Positions 61,113-64,000 of a stretch of 64,000 bases of DNA are shown here, in pieces. A program made the position numbers and the translations under genes. Below the pieces are notes generated by a model. That model did no database searches, was not told the DNA's origin, and worked only from the letters and a program-made list of their open reading frames with translations. The stretch comes from a bacterium (lineage in GTDB: Bacteria; Zhuqueibacterota; Zhuqueibacteria; Residuimicrobiales; Krinioviventaceae): contig CAXXMD010000001.1 in the NCBI GenBank assembly GCA_963675755.2, positions 224,001 through 288,000 of the forward strand. The letters are read 5' to 3'. Positions within the stretch are counted from its first letter, which is position 1. Each line of letters begins with the position of its first letter.

Positions 61113-62972
61113 ATGAAAAAATTATTTCTGTTAATACCATTTCTTCTTTTGTCTTGTCATAAACCTGTTGAAAATATAAATTTCAAATCCGCTTGTATTG
61201 AAACTTTGACAGTTTTTACTGACACCTTGATTGATTTACAAATTAAAAATCCCAATAGTCCTGATTATGGTGCAATACAGTGTCATGCTTGTGATGTGCT
61301 GCATACTAGAGCAGCTGAAGCTGTCTTTCCCTTTGTTGTGCGTTACCAGGAAACCGGGGATGAAAAGTGGCTCGATGCGGCTATCCGTTTGGGGAATTGG
61401 CTTATTCAACAGCAGCAATCCGATGGTTCCTGGAAAGAAACACCGGAAGAGTGGACCGGTACAACAACCGATCAGTTGTTAATGCTGCTGAAAGCATGGC
61501 CCGTATTAAAAACAAAATTAAATCCTGATGAAATAACAGCCTGGCAGCAGTCAATGATAGACGCAGCAGGTTTTTTGGTAAAGGAAATGAGTCCTGATTT
61601 TGCCAGTATAAATTATTGTGCAACAACAACAGCAACACTTGCATTGATGAATGAGCATTTTCCCGATGCACGCTATCTTGATAAAGCCGGACAATTGGCT
61701 TTTCAGGTTTTATCTAAAATGAATGATGATGGATTTATTTGTGCCGAGGGAGACCGTGTTTATGGTGTTAAATATGGAGCGGATGTTGGATATGAAATAG
61801 ACATGTCGTTGTGGGGTCTTGGCATGTATGCCAAAATCACAGGTGATACCCTCACAGAAAGTTATGTTACAGAATCTTTAAAGAACCATCTTGCTTTTGT
61901 ATATCCTAATGGAGCTATTGACGGCTCATGGGGGATACGTTCAAACAAATGGACAACTTTTGGCAGTGAAACTGCAGATGGCTGCCAGGTGTTATTTGCA
62001 ATGTTTGCGGACAAAGATCCACGTTATATACGTGCTGCTTTTCTTAATTTACAATATTTGAATGGTATGATACACAACGGGCTGTTAGGATACGGCCCCC
62101 AATATTTTGAATTGTTCGATAAACCCCCTTGCATATATCCTACTTTTGTCAGATCCAAAAATCTGGCAATGGCTGCGAGTATGGATCTAGATGTTGTCGA
62201 TATTTCATCCAGACTTTATTCTGAACAACCCGGATTTTTTAAATTTTACCCGTCAGTAGATGTTGCTTTGGTTCGTACAAAAGAATTTATGGCTACAGTA
62301 ACTTCATATGGATATGAAGAATTAAAAAAACGAAATAAAAGCAAGTATATGCATCGTCCAACAGGTGGGTCCATATCCAATCTTTGGGTTAAAGATCATG
62401 GCTTTTTGCAGTTATCCAGCCAGACAGAATATCATCGCTGGGAGCCCATGCATTTTCCTGAAATTGGAGATGTATTGCCATTAACCTCCCGGATTGAGTT
62501 TACCAATGAGAATGGGTATTTTACCAATTTGTATGAATATGATGCAAGGATGGATGTAGATAAAGATAGCAATAGTATTACAATAGCTGGAGAGTTGAAA
62601 AATAACATGTTGCTGCAGGGTGGTGTTGCCTACAAGTGGCAATATTCATTTTCTGATAATGCTATTGTGAAAAATGTACATTTACGATACCACGATGGAA
62701 CAAGAAATGTGAAAATTATTGAACCGGTAATTTTGATTGATGGATTAACTATTGAACAAAAAGATGAAAAAACTGTGAATATTAAAGGACCCCATAAAAC
62801 TATACAGCTCAAAGTACTTGAAGGCTCTGTAACACTCGAGAGTGGTGTTGATAAAGAAAAGTACTGGGCTGCTTTTCCATCTGTAAAAGCATATCCACTG
62901 GTATTAAAGGTAAATTGTCCAAAGGATCAATTCAGACAATCTGTTCGTTATGCGATTCAGGTTTTGCACTAG
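61113..62972 (+). CDS. Lipoprotein of unknown function; predicted alpha/alpha toroid plus beta-rich C-terminus
   Basis: Lipobox LLSC; Y.ETGDEKWLDAA.RLG.WL..QQ.DGSW helical-barrel repeats; CHAC motif. Confidence 0.65.
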   Translation: MKKLFLLIPFLLLSCHKPVENINFKSACIETLTVFTDTLIDLQIKNPNSPDYGAIQCHACDVLHTRAAEAVFPFVVRYQETGDEKWLDAAIRLGNWLIQQQQSDGSWKETPEEWTGTTTDQLLMLLKAWPVLKTKLNPDEITAWQQSMIDAAGFLVKEMSPDFASINYCATTTATLALMNEHFPDARYLDKAGQLAFQVLSKMNDDGFICAEGDRVYGVKYGADVGYEIDMSLWGLGMYAKITGDTLTESYVTESLKNHLAFVYPNGAIDGSWGIRSNKWTTFGSETADGCQVLFAMFADKDPRYIRAAFLNLQYLNGMIHNGLLGYGPQYFELFDKPPCIYPTFVRSKNLAMAASMDLDVVDISSRLYSEQPGFFKFYPSVDVALVRTKEFMATVTSYGYEELKKRNKSKYMHRPTGGSISNLWVKDHGFLQLSSQTEYHRWEPMHFPEIGDVLPLTSRIEFTNENGYFTNLYEYDARMDVDKDSNSITIAGELKNNMLLQGGVAYKWQYSFSDNAIVKNVHLRYHDGTRNVKIIEPVILIDGLTIEQKDEKTVNIKGPHKTIQLKVLEGSVTLESGVDKEKYWAAFPSVKAYPLVLKVNCPKDQFRQSVRYAIQVLH

Positions 62973-63117
62973 ATTGTTTGTTTTTAAATAGTGTATTTCA
63001 CGTTTCCTAATCGTTCGTACAATTGTTTACTTGATAGAACTGTGATTTTTTTTAAATTTTATATAGGTTTGAATGGATATTCAAACTTGCTAAAAAATGA
63101 TGTAAAAGAGGATTGTG

Positions 63118-64000
63118 ATGAAAAAATTAATCATGTTATTTGTTTTTTTCTTGTCCGGCGTTTCATTATCAATGGAATCAGATACTCTCACCGTATTGCA
63201 AATGACAGATATACATTTTTGCAATTTGGCGGGCTACCATCCACGTTTTGTGGAAAAGAGAAATCATTATGGCAATGTAGCAGAAACTTTTCAATCCTTT
63301 TTAAAAGATAAACCCAAACAGGTAAATGCTGATCTTGTTGTTATAACCGGTGATTTAATCGATTATTATGAAGCAGAGACAGCCAGAGGCCCCTGGCAGG
63401 CAACCCAGGTTGAGCAATTTGTTCCTATGTTGAGTGTTTGTCCGGTTCCGGTTTATTTGACTTTGGGCAACCATGATATTGCTTCTTATTGGATAGTTGA
63501 TAATGAAAAGGACCAGTTTCAGGTTTATGTTCAGCGTGCAAGAGCAGACTGGATCCGTAATGCCCCAAGCTTTGCACAAGGCACATGGTACAGTCGGGAT
63601 GTTAAAGTTGGTAATTCTGAAATGCATTTTATTTTTCTGGACAATGGTTATAGTCTTGAAAATGGAAATTATATCGAGAAAATACAACTGGATTGGTTGA
63701 AAAATGATCTCAAGCAGTCAGGCGATAAACCTGTTATCATCTTTATGCATAAATATCTTCCGGTTAAAGACTATAACAATGACGGAAATGTATTTAATAG
63801 AGATACTCAATTAGAAATGACTATTGAAAACTGTTCAAAAGACATTTTTAAAATTTTGAATGATAATTCAAATATTCAGGCATTATTTACAGGACATGGC
63901 CACCGAAGCATAACAGAACCCATACAGTTTCCAGCAGGACACACAATATTGCAGATAGAAACTGCAGCGTTTGCTCAAAATACCGAAAAACATTGGAGAG
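63118..64000 (+). CDS. Secreted metallophosphoesterase (3' end outside window)
   Basis: Translated by hand from ATG 63118: MKKLIMLFVFF signal, TDIH, TGDLID, LGNHD, FMH, TGHGH; absent from the ORF track because it has no stop in the window. Confidence 0.88.
   Translation, partial: MKKLIMLFVFFLSGVSLSMESDTLTVLQMTDIHFCNLAGYHPRFVEKRNHYGNVAETFQSFLKDKPKQVNADLVVITGDLIDYYEAETARGPWQATQVEQFVPMLSVCPVPVYLTLGNHDIASYWIVDNEKDQFQVYVQRARADWIRNAPSFAQGTWYSRDVKVGNSEMHFIFLDNGYSLENGNYIEKIQLDWLKNDLKQSGDKPVIIFMHKYLPVKDYNNDGNVFNRDTQLEMTIENCSKDIFKILNDNSNIQALFTGHGHRSITEPIQFPAGHTILQIETAAFAQNTEKHWR

Noticed and set aside
62991-63700. Short ORFs listed near the window end
   Set aside because: Superseded by the open metallophosphoesterase frame from 63118

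Overview
AT-rich bacterial chromosomal window. By inference it comes from a diderm FCB-group organism (KSB1/Calditrichota-like): LPS heptosyltransferases, a PorZ-like propeller protein, DUF5916 and GH92 proteins, but ordinary GGAG ribosome-binding sites and TTG-type -35 boxes. The first 38 kb is mostly housekeeping: rpoN (5'-truncated)-hslVU-argF, an LPS/glycosyltransferase cluster containing a very acidic Trp-rich small protein, STAS and KTSC genes, trpEGDCFBA (minus strand) with an unannotated WWWRW leader peptide and two tandem terminators, ribD-E-BA-H, a PorZ-like gene, recN, a CpoB-like lipoprotein, dnaE, RNase H, glucose-1-P thymidylyltransferase and carAB. The 38-64 kb part is accessory: a palindromic MITE-like relic, a hybrid kinase with a sigma-54-type promoter, two paralogous Tyr-rich outer-membrane proteins, two DUF5916 proteins, a sulfatase, two GH92s, a Tat-exported Gfo/Idh/MocA oxidoreductase, and a GntR/LacI-regulated module (MtaA-like methyltransferase fused to thioredoxin, CobW GTPase, corrinoid protein) lying directly upstream of glycan-degrading genes. 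That module is the best candidate for a poorly described system, possibly B12-dependent demethylation of a methylated sugar. I saw no rRNA, tRNA, CRISPR array or intact transposase. All family calls come from motif recognition by eye, not from database searches.
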